Sequence record: DRR378314_995
Length of the DNA: 43,958 bases
Strand: one strand, 5' to 3'
Part shown: positions 17,680 through 28,944 of the stretch, in pieces
Numbering within the stretch: the first letter of the stretch is position 1
Layout of the letters: each line of letters opens with the position of its first letter
The notes under the pieces: generated by a model
The model's input: the letters and a program-made list of their open reading frames with translations, nothing else
Told to the model about the DNA's origin: nothing
Databases searched by the model: none
Translations under genes and position numbers: made by a program

Positions 17680-19122
17680 TTAGAGATGTTCGCCGTGAAG
17701 GCTGCTAAGAATATCGGGAAGTTCTGCCTCCAGATCCTCTGCGATCAAGCCAGCTCCGATACGCCTTCCCGCCTCACCGTGAAGCCAGCTTGCCATGGCG
17801 GCTGCTGTGAACGTATCGACACCTTGAGCGATCAGGCCGCCCGCAATACCCGCAAGAACATCACCCGATCCTGCAGTGGCAAGCCAACGTGTCGCGTGAG
17901 TATTAACAATTGCAGTTCCGTCTGGGCGGGCAATCACCGTATCCGGCCCTTTCAAAAGAACGACGCACCCCGCAAGTTGCGCAGCCTTTCTGGTGGCTTC
18001 GACTTTATTCGGCTCCGTTTCCAAGAGGTCGCCAAACAGTCTGTTGAATTCACCGATATGGGGCGTGATCAAATCATCTGGTCGAAGTTGTTTGAAGAAC
18101 GCTCGAGGATCATCAGAAAAAACTGTCAAAGCATCTGCATCCAGCACGGCTCTGGAATTTGACGAGAGCAGGCATTCAACATTTTCCCTGGTTGAGGTGT
18201 TGATGCCAGCAGCAGGCCCCAAAATCACGACACTCGCCGACTCGATGGTTGCGCGCAATTGCTCAGCATCTGCGACTTCCTTCAGCATGACCGCCGTCAA
18301 ATGGCTGGCATTTACAGCGATAGCGTCGGGCGGGGATAACATTGTGACGAGGCCCGCGCCTGCGCGAAGACCAGCGCGACCTGCGAGGCGCGCGGCGCCT
18401 GTGGAGGTAATGTTGCCACTCACAACTGCCAAATGCCCGCGCGCGTGCTTGTGGCTGCCCTGCCCCGGTTGAGGAAGTCTACGTCCCCACAACAAAGGGG
18501 AGTTCTCCAAAAGACTGGTTTGGACCGGCACTCCAATATCTGCCAGGAAAACGCCGCCACAATATGCGGCACTTGGCATCAACACATGTGCTGGGCGGAG
18601 CGCTGCGAAGGTGATCGTGCCTTCGGCGCGGAAACACGCACCCAGAGGCTTTGCCAACTCGCCATGAATTCCCGAAGGCACATCTATCGAAATGATTCGC
18701 CCGCCACGCGCGGCCAGTTTTTCAGCCGCTCCGTCCAGTGGGCGGGAAAGCCCACCTCCGAAGAGGGCATCCAGGACGATGTCATGTGGCGCGTCCAATG
18801 CAGCTTCCAGCGGCTTGATCTCATCGCCCCATTCAGCAGCTGCTTTAGCGGAGTCTCCTTCAAGCTTTTCGGCTGGCACAAGACAATAAACGTCGACATC
18901 TCGCCAGAGTTTGGCGAGCGCGGCTGCGGCCACAAATCCGTCTCCGCCATTTCCGCCGGGACCACAAAGAACCTGTATTCGCCCCTCGGGCCAATTTGCA
19001 TGCACGAATTCTGCAACGGCATTTCCTGCCCGCTGCATCAACTCGAAGCTGTCCACGCCGGTCGAGAAGAGCTTCTCTTCAGCGGCCCGCATTTCCTGCG
19101 GTGTAAGTATAGGTCTGCCCAT
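17680..19122 (-). CDS. nnr: Bifunctional NAD(P)H-hydrate epimerase/dehydratase
   Basis: YjeF_N motifs LM.RAG, CGPGGNGGDG, DALFG.G, DVPSG; C-terminal HK..RG, DADAL, TPHIGEF, LATAGSGDVLAG. Confidence 0.93.
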   Translation of the reverse strand: MGRPILTPQEMRAAEEKLFSTGVDSFELMQRAGNAVAEFVHANWPEGRIQVLCGPGGNGGDGFVAAAALAKLWRDVDVYCLVPAEKLEGDSAKAAAEWGDEIKPLEAALDAPHDIVLDALFGGGLSRPLDGAAEKLAARGGRIISIDVPSGIHGELAKPLGACFRAEGTITFAALRPAHVLMPSAAYCGGVFLADIGVPVQTSLLENSPLLWGRRLPQPGQGSHKHARGHLAVVSGNITSTGAARLAGRAGLRAGAGLVTMLSPPDAIAVNASHLTAVMLKEVADAEQLRATIESASVVILGPAAGINTSTRENVECLLSSNSRAVLDADALTVFSDDPRAFFKQLRPDDLITPHIGEFNRLFGDLLETEPNKVEATRKAAQLAGCVVLLKGPDTVIARPDGTAIVNTHATRWLATAGSGDVLAGIAGGLIAQGVDTFTAAAMASWLHGEAGRRIGAGLIAEDLEAELPDILSSLHGEHL

Positions 19123-19131
19123 AAGCCTGGC

Positions 19132-19671
19132 TCATAGCACGCGAGTTTCAGATTCGCTCCCTAATCGCTGTACTTCCAGTTGATCCCCGACGCGCTTCAG
19201 CACAGTGACGGAGCAATATGTAGGACTGAAAACGCGCGCCTCCGGCCTGTTCTGCAATTTGCTCACGACCGCATTAATGGCGACGAAGTGGCTGAACACC
19301 GCTGTATTATCTGGAATGACAAGTAGTTTGCGAACGATCGCATCACGCCATTCAACATGCGATTTTGCTTCAGAGTCCCACGTCCCGCCCATGAAATCAC
19401 GAAGCCAGGCTACGCGATCCTCAATTCCCGGGGGTGTCAGTATCTCTGAAACTTCGTTTACGACTTCTACGTCAATATCTAGTCGCTCTTCCAGAGGACG
19501 TGCCGTTTGTCGGCACCTTTTCATTGGACTTGATATGATGTGCTGGATGCCAAACGCCTCGAGTTCGTGAGCTACGGCATCCGCTTGACGACGTCCAAGG
19601 TCACTAAGGCCAGGGTCGGGGTGATTCCCCCAGCCGGCCGCAGCTTCGCCGTGTCGGATCAAATACAGCAT
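19132..19671 (-). CDS. Histidine phosphatase superfamily protein
   Basis: LYLIRHGE catalytic motif, LSDLGRRQA, SSPMKRCRQTA, VFSH; GGGG upstream of ATG 19671. Confidence 0.88.
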   Translation of the reverse strand: MLYLIRHGEAAAGWGNHPDPGLSDLGRRQADAVAHELEAFGIQHIISSPMKRCRQTARPLEERLDIDVEVVNEVSEILTPPGIEDRVAWLRDFMGGTWDSEAKSHVEWRDAIVRKLLVIPDNTAVFSHFVAINAVVSKLQNRPEARVFSPTYCSVTVLKRVGDQLEVQRLGSESETRVL

Positions 19672-19807
19672 TTTCCCCCTTCTATTCGCAGATCGATTCT
19701 TTTTGCCCAACGATAGCGTGCTCGCCAGAATCTGGGCCTTCCCAAACGCCTTGCTTGGACCATCGGGAGACTGATTTCAAACCGATATCGGCTTTCTACC
19801 GAGTATC

Positions 19808-19890
19808 TGCGCAATTATCAGGCTTGAAGGCGGCTCCCAACCGAGCTTGTTTCTTCAACACTTCCGGGGCATGCGCCTATAAAATGCGCA
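19808..19890. promoter_or_regulatory. Pair of NtrC-like binding sites upstream of glnB-glnA
   Basis: TGCGC-AATTATC-AGGCT (19808-19824) and CGCCT-ATAAAAT-GCGCA (19874-19890), both fitting a TGC(A/G)C-N7(AT-rich)-G(T/C)GCA-like pattern and resembling each other in inverted orientation. Confidence 0.55.
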
Positions 19891-19944
19891 ATTTCGATGC
19901 AGTGAAGTCCAAAATCTGATCACGCAAACGCAACGTGATGCTAA

Positions 19945-20364
<420 letters not shown>

Positions 20365-20430
20365 AAAGGCTGCGCGTTTAATTACGAATACCCATACGAA
20401 AAAGAGCTGTTTACTGGAGGGCAAATTCCA

Positions 20431-21834
20431 ATGGCCGAAAATCTGCTTAAACTCATGAAGGATGAAGACGTTCAGTACGTCGACCTTCGCTTTACGGACC
20501 CGCGCGGCAAGATGCAGCACGTGTCTTTCCATAAGGACATGGTCGAAGATGACTTCTTCACCGAGGGCCAAATGTTCGACGGATCATCTGTTGCTGGCTG
20601 GAAAGCTATCAACGAGTCCGACATGGTTCTCATGCCTGACACAAGCAGTGCGATCATTGACCCTTTCTTCCAGCAGACAACGCTGGCAGTGATGTGCGAT
20701 ATTCTCGATCCGATCTCCGGACAGGCATACAATCGCGACCCGCGCACGACCGCCAAGAAGGCAGAAGCCTATGTAAAGTCGAGCGGCGTTGGCGACACCG
20801 TGTTCTTCGGCCCAGAAGCGGAATTCTTTGTTTTTGACGATGTCCGTTGGTCCACCGATCCACATAAGACAGGATACAGCTTCGACTCGACCGAGCTGCC
20901 GGCAAATACGGATAAAGAATACCCAATGGGCAACATGGGTCACCGCCCGGGTCCGAAGGGTGGATATTTCCCGGTACCGCCAGTCGACTCTGAGCAGGAC
21001 ATGCGCTCAGAAATGCTGTCCGTTATGGGTGACATTGGCCTACACCCAGAGAAGCATCACCATGAGGTGGCTCCGGCACAGCATGAGCTTGGTCTGAAGT
21101 TCTCAACCCTTACAACGATGGCTGACCGCCTTCAGCTGTACAAATATGTCATCCACAACGTGGCGGCGTCGTACGGCAAGACAGCGACATTCATGCCGAA
21201 GCCAATGTTTGCCGACAATGGCTCTGGTATGCACGTTCACCAGTCCATCTGGTCCGGCGGCAAGCCATTGTTCGCGGGCGACCAGTATGCCGGCCTTTCT
21301 GAGACCTGCCTTTATTACATCGGCGGCATCATCAAGCACGCTCGCGCGCTGAATGCTCTGACCAACCCTTCAACGAACAGCTACAAGCGCCTGGTTCCAG
21401 GTTATGAAGCTCCGGTTATGCTTGCCTATTCGGCTCGCAACCGTTCTGCTTCAATTCGGATCCCATTCGGTTCCAATCCGAAAGCAAAGCGTATCGAAAC
21501 GCGCTTCCCGGACCCGACCGCGAACCCGTATCTCGCTTTCGCTGCCCTGCTCATGGCTGGCCTCGATGGCATCGAGAACAAGATCAATCCCGGCGACGCG
21601 ATGGACAAAGACCTCTATGATCTGCCGCCTGAAGAGGCGAAGTCGATCCCGCAAGTGTGCGGCTCACTGCGAGAAGCGCTTGCGGCGCTCGATGCAGACC
21701 GTACATTCCTTACCAAGGGCGGCGTGTTCGATGACGACCAGATCGATGCTTATATTGAGCTCAAGATGGAAGAGAACATGCGCTATGAACTCCACCCGCA
21801 TCCGGTGGAATTCGACATGTACTACAAGGTCTAG
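20431..21834 (+). CDS. glnA: Glutamine synthetase type I
   Basis: [48 protein letters not shown], adenylylation loop [16 protein letters not shown]. Confidence 0.98.
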   Translation: MAENLLKLMKDEDVQYVDLRFTDPRGKMQHVSFHKDMVEDDFFTEGQMFDGSSVAGWKAINESDMVLMPDTSSAIIDPFFQQTTLAVMCDILDPISGQAYNRDPRTTAKKAEAYVKSSGVGDTVFFGPEAEFFVFDDVRWSTDPHKTGYSFDSTELPANTDKEYPMGNMGHRPGPKGGYFPVPPVDSEQDMRSEMLSVMGDIGLHPEKHHHEVAPAQHELGLKFSTLTTMADRLQLYKYVIHNVAASYGKTATFMPKPMFADNGSGMHVHQSIWSGGKPLFAGDQYAGLSETCLYYIGGIIKHARALNALTNPSTNSYKRLVPGYEAPVMLAYSARNRSASIRIPFGSNPKAKRIETRFPDPTANPYLAFAALLMAGLDGIENKINPGDAMDKDLYDLPPEEAKSIPQVCGSLREALAALDADRTFLTKGGVFDDDQIDAYIELKMEENMRYELHPHPVEFDMYYKV

Positions 21835-21863
21835 GGGCCTGTTCTCTCTCCTCTAACCCTTGT

Positions 21864-21900
21864 AGAGGCCGGTATCGCAAGATACCGGCCTCTTCTTTAT
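21864..21900 (+). terminator. Intrinsic terminator of glnBA
   Basis: Perfect 13-bp stem AGAGGCCGGTATC-GCAA-GATACCGGCCTCT followed by TCTTTAT. Confidence 0.85.
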
Positions 21901-21945
21901 CAGAATTCGAGAAATGACGGGCCCTAGCTCAACAGATCCGAATAC

Positions 21946-21982
21946 AAGAAAACGCCCCGATCAATCGATCAGGGCGTTTTTC
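21946..21982. terminator. Probable bidirectional intrinsic terminator (clpX side)
   Basis: AAAACGCCCCGATC-AATC-GATCAGGGCGTTTT inverted repeat with A and T tracts on either side, between convergent glnA and clpX. Confidence 0.8.
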
Positions 21983-22006
21983 AATGTTATAAAAATCGTT
22001 GAGAGG

Positions 22007-23269
22007 TCAGCCTGCCTCAGGTTGGCTCTTCTTGGCGTGCACGTAGAGCGGCTCTGAATTACCCTCTACCACTTCGCCATTGATCACGACTTCTTCTACA
22101 CCGCGCAGATTTGGCAGCTCAAACATCGTATCAAGCAAAATACCTTCCATGATGGAGCGTAGTCCCCGAGCGCCGGTTTTACGAGCGATCGCCCGGCGGG
22201 CGACTGCCGTGAGTGCTTCGGGTGTGAAGGTAAGCTCAACATTCTCCATATCGAACAGCTTCTGATACTGTTTCAGGAGAGCATTCTTCGGCTCTGTTAG
22301 GATCTTGATAAGTGCCTTCTCATCCAGGTCTTCGAGCGTTGCGATCACAGGCAAACGCCCGATGAACTCCGGAATGAGCCCGAAGCGCTGAAGGTCTTCC
22401 GGCTCGGTATTGCGAAGAATTTCACCAACACCGCGCTCTTCCGAATCTTTTATGGATGCGCCAAATCCGATGGAGGCTCCCTCACCGCGTGAGGAAATGA
22501 TTTTGTCGAGCCCGGCAAATGCGCCGCCGCAAATGAAAAGAATGTTCGTCGTGTCGACCTGCAGGAATTCCTGCTGTGGGTGCTTGCGACCACCCTGTGG
22601 CGGAACAGCGGCAACAGTGCCTTCCATAATCTTAAGAAGCGCTTGCTGGACACCCTCGCCAGACACATCGCGCGTTATCGACGGATTGTCGGACTTACGG
22701 GAAATCTTGTCGATCTCATCAATATAAACGATGCCACGTTGCGCACGCTCGACGTTGTAGTCAGCGGCCTGCAACAGCTTGAGAACGATGTTTTCAACGT
22801 CCTCACCAACATACCCAGCCTCGGTAAGCGTGGTCGCATCCGCCATGGTGAATGGTACGTCCAGAATGCGCGCAAGCGTTTGTGCAAGCAGCGTCTTGCC
22901 GCAACCGGTTGGTCCTACCAACAAAATGTTGGACTTGGAGAGCTCAACCCCGTCGGTCTTCCCTGCGTGAGACAGGCGCTTGTAGTGGTTGTGAACCGCA
23001 ACGGACAGAATGCGTTTTGCGTGCGTCTGCCCGATGACATAATCATCCAGCACGTCGCAGATCTCTTGCGGCGTAGGCACACCTTCACGAGAGCGGACCA
23101 TTGAGGTCTTGTTCTCTTCGCGAATGATGTCCATGCATAGTTCAACGCATTCATCGCAGATGAACACGGTTGGGCCGGCAATCAGCTTCTTTACTTCATG
23201 CTGGCTTTTTCCACAGAACGAACAGTAGAGCGTGTTCTTGGAATCGCCTGAGCCATTTTGTTTTGTCAT
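22007..23269 (-). CDS. clpX: ATP-dependent Clp protease ATP-binding subunit
   Basis: Zn finger CSFC..CDEC, Walker [13 protein letters not shown] pore loop, DEIDK, RKH loop, IGF loop. Confidence 0.98.
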   Translation of the reverse strand: MTKQNGSGDSKNTLYCSFCGKSQHEVKKLIAGPTVFICDECVELCMDIIREENKTSMVRSREGVPTPQEICDVLDDYVIGQTHAKRILSVAVHNHYKRLSHAGKTDGVELSKSNILLVGPTGCGKTLLAQTLARILDVPFTMADATTLTEAGYVGEDVENIVLKLLQAADYNVERAQRGIVYIDEIDKISRKSDNPSITRDVSGEGVQQALLKIMEGTVAAVPPQGGRKHPQQEFLQVDTTNILFICGGAFAGLDKIISSRGEGASIGFGASIKDSEERGVGEILRNTEPEDLQRFGLIPEFIGRLPVIATLEDLDEKALIKILTEPKNALLKQYQKLFDMENVELTFTPEALTAVARRAIARKTGARGLRSIMEGILLDTMFELPNLRGVEEVVINGEVVEGNSEPLYVHAKKSQPEAG

Positions 23270-23395
23270 GCCGTCCTCAATGCCGGATAAGGCTTAATTT
23301 CGTCTTTAAGACGCCGTGTTCGGTCGATTGTTGTAACAATAGGCGTCTGGGCCTGCCCTGCAAGAGCCAGGCCGCACTGATGGTGGATGAACCGA

Positions 23396-24019
23396 CTATT
23401 TATCATCCTCGGCCGTTCGGCGTTCAAATACTTTGTCAACAATGCCAAATTCCCGGGCCTCTTCTGCCGTCAGGAAGGTATCACGGTCCAGTTTCTTTTC
23501 GATCACATCATAGTCTTGGCCAGTATGGCGAACATAGATGTTGTTCAGGCGCCGCTTCAGTTCGATAATTTCCTCAGCGTGGCGCTCAATATCAGTTGCG
23601 ACGCCTTGGTAGCCGCCAGATGGCTGGTGCAACATCACCCGCGCATTAGGCAAAGCGATACGCATGTCTTTTTCTCCCGCCGCCAGAAGCAAAGAGCCCA
23701 TAGAGGCAGCTTGACCGATGCAAACTGTCGAAATGGGGCAACGAATGTACTGCATGGTGTCGTAGATCGCGAGGCCAGACGAAACGTATCCGCCGGGGCT
23801 GTTGATATACATCGCAATATCTTTCTTCGGGTTTTCGGATTCGAGGAACAGGAGCTGGGACGTAATTAGCGCCGCCATCCCGTCATCGATTCCACCGGTC
23901 ACAAAGATGATGCGCTCTTTCAAAAGACGCGAGAAGATATCAAAGGCCCGCTCGCCGCGGCTCGTTTGCTCCACAACCATTGGAACAAGATTGAGCGCTG
24001 TCTGGAAGGAAGTCGTCAT
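23396..24019 (-). CDS. clpP: ATP-dependent Clp protease proteolytic subunit
   Basis: [22 protein letters not shown], catalytic AASMG, LHQP, DRD. Confidence 0.97.
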   Translation of the reverse strand: MTTSFQTALNLVPMVVEQTSRGERAFDIFSRLLKERIIFVTGGIDDGMAALITSQLLFLESENPKKDIAMYINSPGGYVSSGLAIYDTMQYIRCPISTVCIGQAASMGSLLLAAGEKDMRIALPNARVMLHQPSGGYQGVATDIERHAEEIIELKRRLNNIYVRHTGQDYDVIEKKLDRDTFLTAEEAREFGIVDKVFERRTAEDDK

Positions 24020-24131
24020 GAATCAGGCCTTGATGTTTTCACAAAGGAATCTTTACCGCACAGAAGTGGCAGAGAGACGTATATTTGTCTACGCATCCAA
24101 CACTGCAAGAGGCATTCCGCTGTGGAAACAG

Positions 24132-25124
24132 TTACCGGAAGGGCCATTCTGGTGAACCACTTGGCAACTGGCCACCCGGATCCTTTATGAACGCCAGGTA
24201 GTCCTCATGCACGCGTTCGGACTGCAGGTCTCTCAGCAACATATGATACCCGGCTTCATAGTATACTGTGCGCACATGTTCGGGCAGAACTTTCGCAGTT
24301 CGTTTTACCCCCTCTTCCGGTACAACATAATCGTTCGCGCCGTATGACATGAGCGTGGGAATATCTTGAGGGATCCTCGCTGCTCTTTTATGCGCGGTCT
24401 CCATCAATGTAACGACGCCGTATACCTGATCAATTCTGTTCTGCCGCAGCATCAGGGGGTTCGCCCATATCTCCCTAAGCATTTCGATATTATCGCTCGG
24501 TTCGATTCGCACGAAACGAGCTGGAGGCCGCACAATCCAACCAGGGTTTGTGTGCGCTGACATCCATAGACTGGCCTTGTATATTGGATTCATGGCTCCC
24601 CAGCCTCTAAGGCCTGGTCCGGACGCGATAAGAAGATCGGCATCAGGCGAATCGTCAGAGCCAAATGCCGATATGGCAACTGCTGCTCCCATCGATATTC
24701 CAATCACCGCCACTCTTGCTTCAGGGTGCTCACGCCGCGCAATAGAAACTGCGGTACGAAGATCTTTCCGCAAAAGCTCTTCATCCGGCCAGAGTCCCCT
24801 GCCAGGCGATCGCCCAAAGCCACGTTGGTCATAGGCGTACGTTGTTACGCCTCTCTCCGCCCAATATGGCGCCGCCATAAAGAATGCGTTTGCGAAGTCA
24901 TTCATGCCATGAACCCCGACAACAACGTATTCGGGATCGTCGATCCCTTCCGCGGGCCAGACGGTCAGCCCCAATTCAGCACCATCATGCGATACAAAGA
25001 CTTCGCGATCCGGCTGAAAACCAGGCTCTGCGAAATAAGTTGCCGACCGCTCTACGGCACCGATTGTGACGGGGCTCACGCACCCAGACAGCAAGAAAAG
25101 CGCGTACGCGATGACAGTAGTCAT
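24132..25124 (-). CDS. Alpha/beta-hydrolase (lysophospholipase/monoglyceride-lipase-like), probable lipoprotein
   Basis: HGMND, YDQRGFGRS, nucleophile GISMG, YGAND, GYHMLLRD; lipobox LSG-C near chosen start 25124 (start uncertain). Confidence 0.85.
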   Translation of the reverse strand: MTTVIAYALFLLSGCVSPVTIGAVERSATYFAEPGFQPDREVFVSHDGAELGLTVWPAEGIDDPEYVVVGVHGMNDFANAFFMAAPYWAERGVTTYAYDQRGFGRSPGRGLWPDEELLRKDLRTAVSIARREHPEARVAVIGISMGAAVAISAFGSDDSPDADLLIASGPGLRGWGAMNPIYKASLWMSAHTNPGWIVRPPARFVRIEPSDNIEMLREIWANPLMLRQNRIDQVYGVVTLMETAHKRAARIPQDIPTLMSYGANDYVVPEEGVKRTAKVLPEHVRTVYYEAGYHMLLRDLQSERVHEDYLAFIKDPGGQLPSGSPEWPFR

Positions 25125-25353
25125 GCCGCTCCACCCGCAAACTTTGGATAGCCGCCTGAAGAGGTCGCTGCTGTCATGATTTGATGGGGTTCTCATTTGA
25201 CGTACGCTCTGCAACTGATTGTGATCATTTGATCACTACAACCCTATTCAACCTAAGCTGTCTAGACAAACGCTCGAAGTTGCTGCGCAATGATCGGCAC
25301 AGTTTGAAATGCGATCGACTGATAAGTGAAAGCAAAGAAAGAGGCATCTTCCA

Positions 25354-26250
25354 GTGGCAATTGAGAACCTCATTCCCCCCAGAACCCACAACCTTGGTGG
25401 CGATTTTGTCGTAAGGCGCATTCTGCCTTATCGCGCTCGAAGATCAGTCGGCCCTTTTGTCTTCTTTGATCATTTCGGCCCAACAACGTATGCACCGGGA
25501 AACAGCTTCGATGTTCGGCCTCACCCGCATATCGGACTATCAACTGTCACGTACTTGTTTGAAGGTGCCATTCGGCATCGCGACTCGCTCGGCACAGATC
25601 TGGTTGTAGAACCCGGCGCCGTGAACTGGATGACGGCCGGTCACGGGATAGTCCACTCCGAGCGCACGCCCGATTTGCAGCAACGCGCTGGACAGCGCCT
25701 TCATGGGATACAAACTTGGGTAGCGCTGCCCGTGGAAGAAGAAGACTGCGCTCCACAATTCGTTCATCATCCAGCCGAAAGTCTTCCACTGTTTGATCTC
25801 AGCGATGCGAGTATCAAACTATTGGCAGGCGCGGCTTGGGGGCATTCGTCTCCCGTGAGCTTCCCAAGTGATATCCTCTATTTGACGATAACAACGCATC
25901 AAGACTGCGCCATTTCACTGCCTTCTGACTTGGCAACAGAGCGCGCGCTCTATCTCGTCAGTGGCTCAGCATTTGTCGACGACACTCAGTTACAAGCGCA
26001 AGACATGGCCGTGCTCGAAAGTGGTTTGGACGTCAGTGTGAACTTGGAAAAGGATTCCATTGCAATTCTGTGCGGGGGCGCTCCTCTTGATGCCCCTCGC
26101 AAAATGGACTGGAATTTCGTCTCATCTGATGCAGCCAAGATCACCACGGCAAGAGAAGACTGGACAACCGCCATCAGGGAAGGAGGGACGCAGAGATTTC
26201 CCGCTGTCCCCGGAGACGAAAGCGAGTGGATTCCACTTCCCCATCGATAA
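25354..26250 (+). CDS. Pirin family protein
   Basis: VGPFVFFDH, HPHIGLSTVTYLFEG, HRDS, WMTAGHGIVHSE, WNFVSS; GTG start with GAGG upstream. Confidence 0.93.
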   Translation: MAIENLIPPRTHNLGGDFVVRRILPYRARRSVGPFVFFDHFGPTTYAPGNSFDVRPHPHIGLSTVTYLFEGAIRHRDSLGTDLVVEPGAVNWMTAGHGIVHSERTPDLQQRAGQRLHGIQTWVALPVEEEDCAPQFVHHPAESLPLFDLSDASIKLLAGAAWGHSSPVSFPSDILYLTITTHQDCAISLPSDLATERALYLVSGSAFVDDTQLQAQDMAVLESGLDVSVNLEKDSIAILCGGAPLDAPRKMDWNFVSSDAAKITTAREDWTTAIREGGTQRFPAVPGDESEWIPLPHR

Positions 26251-26343
26251 GATGGCATAATATTCTGAACAGGCGCTTCCTTGCCGATTGATAAACCGCA
26301 TGCCAGACAATTCTCAAACATTGCCTGTGACGAGGACAGATTC

Positions 26344-28080
26344 ATGAAGCGACTGCTTATCTCCGTATCTATTGCCGCCCTTTCTGCCTGCGGTGCTCAA
26401 GACAATTCAAACGACATCGAACCAGATACAGTTTCGGCGGCTGAAACCGAACTATTGTTGCCCCTCCCCGATCAGACGAGCCCCGCTATTGTTTCTGAGG
26501 ATCTGGCAATTCGGATCAAGACGTTGGCCGACGATACGTTTGAAGGCCGTGGCCCTGGAACCGAAGCTGGCGAAGCTTCGGCAGACTGGATTGCCGCTGA
26601 GATGGCTCGAATTGGTCTATCTCCAGCCGGAGAGGATGAAACCTTCTTCCAAACTGTCAAAATGGTGAACCAGACCGTCGATACGGAGAATTCCCACTTC
26701 CAACTTACGAAGCCTGACGGAACGGCTCTGCCACTCACGCCAAAAGAAAACGTTGTCTTCTGGACCAAGCATCAAGACAAGAATGAGCTTTCATTCGATG
26801 CGACCGATGTTGTCTTTGTAGGATATGGTTCAGTCGCCCCTGAATATGAATGGGACGACTACGCTGGCGAAGACTTCTCAGGCAAAACTGTCATCATGCT
26901 GGTAAACGATCCAGGTTTTGCAACTGGTGACCCAGAGCTCTTCAAAGGTAAGGCAATGACCTATTATGGTCGCTGGACCTACAAGTTTGAAGAGGCCGCC
27001 CGGCAAGGTGCAACCGCCGCGATCATTATCCACGAAACGGAGCCTGCCTCCTATGGGTGGGATGTTGTCTCCAATTCGTGGAGCGGCGCCCAATCCGACC
27101 TCGTACGTTCCGACGGCGGAGCGGACCGCGCGATGCTTGAAGGATGGATCACTCGAGATACAGCAGAAGAATTGTTTGCGAGTGCTGGGCTCGACCTGGA
27201 AGCCCTCAAGCAGCAGGCAAAATCAAACAGTTTCACGCCGGTGCCTCTCGAAGGTGTAAAAGCAAGCGGCAAAATCTCACAGTCAATTGACCAATTGGAA
27301 AGCCGTAATGTTGTCGGAAAGCTGACTGGGAAAGTCACTCCCGATGAATACGTGCTGTATACGGCGCATTGGGATCATCTCGGCAAGAAGTCCGAAGAAA
27401 AAACAGGCGCTCCAGGGGAAGACTTTTATCAAGATCAGATCTTCAACGGCGCTGTCGACAACGCCACCGGTTCCGCTGCCTTGCTCGAAATTGCTGAGGC
27501 AATGGCCGCTGACGATCTCGAACGGTCAGCCTTGTTCCTTTCCGTGACGCTTGAAGAATCAGGATTGTTGGGCTCGGCCTTCTACGCCGAAAACCCTTTG
27601 ATCCCTCACAGCCAAGTCGTAGCAGGCATCAATATGGATGGCGCACTTCCGATAGGTCGCACGAAGGATATGGTGGTCGTCGGATACGGAGCGTCCGAAC
27701 TGGAAGATATCTTGCGAGACGTCCTCGTGGAACAGGACCGAGTGATAAAGCCCGACTCAAAACCAGAAGCAGGCTATTTTTATCGCTCAGATCATATTTC
27801 TCTCGCCAAGAAAGGCGTTCCCATGCTGTACGCTGATGGTGGTCAGGACAAACTGGATGGTGGCGTCGCAGCAGGCAAAGCAGCGGCAGCAGTGTACACT
27901 GCAGAGCGCTATCACAAGCCCATGGACGAATATTCGGATGGCTGGGATCTTTCCGGATTTGAAGAAGACATTCAGGCTCTCTATCAAGTCGGGCTCCGCA
28001 TCGCTCAGTCTGATGACTGGCCCACTTGGTATGAAGGCAACGAATTTGAGGCAATTCGTAAGCAGAGCTTGGAAGAATAG
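26344..28080 (+). CDS. M28 family metallopeptidase with PA domain, lipoprotein
   Basis: Lipobox LSA-C; EGRGPGT, zinc ligands AHWDH, DNATG, EESG, NMD, RSDH, YH; GAGGA RBS before ATG 26344. Confidence 0.92.
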   Translation: MKRLLISVSIAALSACGAQDNSNDIEPDTVSAAETELLLPLPDQTSPAIVSEDLAIRIKTLADDTFEGRGPGTEAGEASADWIAAEMARIGLSPAGEDETFFQTVKMVNQTVDTENSHFQLTKPDGTALPLTPKENVVFWTKHQDKNELSFDATDVVFVGYGSVAPEYEWDDYAGEDFSGKTVIMLVNDPGFATGDPELFKGKAMTYYGRWTYKFEEAARQGATAAIIIHETEPASYGWDVVSNSWSGAQSDLVRSDGGADRAMLEGWITRDTAEELFASAGLDLEALKQQAKSNSFTPVPLEGVKASGKISQSIDQLESRNVVGKLTGKVTPDEYVLYTAHWDHLGKKSEEKTGAPGEDFYQDQIFNGAVDNATGSAALLEIAEAMAADDLERSALFLSVTLEESGLLGSAFYAENPLIPHSQVVAGINMDGALPIGRTKDMVVVGYGASELEDILRDVLVEQDRVIKPDSKPEAGYFYRSDHISLAKKGVPMLYADGGQDKLDGGVAAGKAAAAVYTAERYHKPMDEYSDGWDLSGFEEDIQALYQVGLRIAQSDDWPTWYEGNEFEAIRKQSLEE

Positions 28081-28140
28081 TCGTTTGCTGGTCCCTGCCC
28101 AGTCTGGCGGGGACTAGCAAACTGTTGAAGGTGTCAATCT

Positions 28141-28938
28141 ATGCTCTCATATCAACATGGCTTTCATGCAGGAAACAGAGCAGATGTCCTTAAACATGCC
28201 GTTCTGCATGCGACCCTGAAAGCGCTTGCCGATTCCGGCGAGCCGCTACTGTATGTGGAAACCCATTCAGGACGTGGCCGATACGATCTGGAAGGCGCAC
28301 AAGCACGAAAAGGAAATGAAGCTGGAGATGGCATAATCTCTATGCTGAATGGCTGTGGCCCAAAACCTTTGAGGCCATGGGTAGAGTTCGTCGAACAATC
28401 GGGTATTCGCTCTTACCCGGGTTCACCTGCTCACGCACAAACGCTGCTGCCGCCTGATACACGCTTCATCTTGTTCGAAAGGCATCCCGCCGAACACAAG
28501 GCCCTTTCCGACGCATTGGGTTCAGATGATCGAATTCAGATCAAGAAAGCGGATGGCTATGCAAGCGCCCTCAAACTGTCGCCGAGAAGCCGTGAACGGC
28601 TCGTATGTTTGGTTGATCCAAGCTACGAAACAGCACGCGATATTGATGCTCTGGCCCTGTGGACACCAAAGGCACTGAAACGTTGGCCGAAAAGCCTACT
28701 CATGCTTTGGCTCCCCCTCTTTCGCGACGGAAGAGAAACTGAGTTTGGCGAGTACCTGACAACTCTAGGCGATTGCCGAGTCTATGGCGCAAGATGGCCA
28801 GTTGACGCTCAGAAAGAAACCGCCCTCGAAGGATCAGCCATGGTAGTCTTCAATGGTCCGAAATCTTCAGATTCCGAATGCCTTGCGATTTCGTCCGGGC
28901 TGCAATCCTGGTGGTCAGACAAGCCACTGGGTAAGTAA
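28141..28938 (+). CDS. rlmJ: 23S rRNA (adenine(2030)-N6)-methyltransferase RlmJ
   Basis: LSYQHGFHAGNRADVLKH, ETHSGRG, YPGSP, DG, DPSY motifs. Confidence 0.88.
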   Translation: MLSYQHGFHAGNRADVLKHAVLHATLKALADSGEPLLYVETHSGRGRYDLEGAQARKGNEAGDGIISMLNGCGPKPLRPWVEFVEQSGIRSYPGSPAHAQTLLPPDTRFILFERHPAEHKALSDALGSDDRIQIKKADGYASALKLSPRSRERLVCLVDPSYETARDIDALALWTPKALKRWPKSLLMLWLPLFRDGRETEFGEYLTTLGDCRVYGARWPVDAQKETALEGSAMVVFNGPKSSDSECLAISSGLQSWWSDKPLGK

Positions 28939-28944
28939 CGAAAA

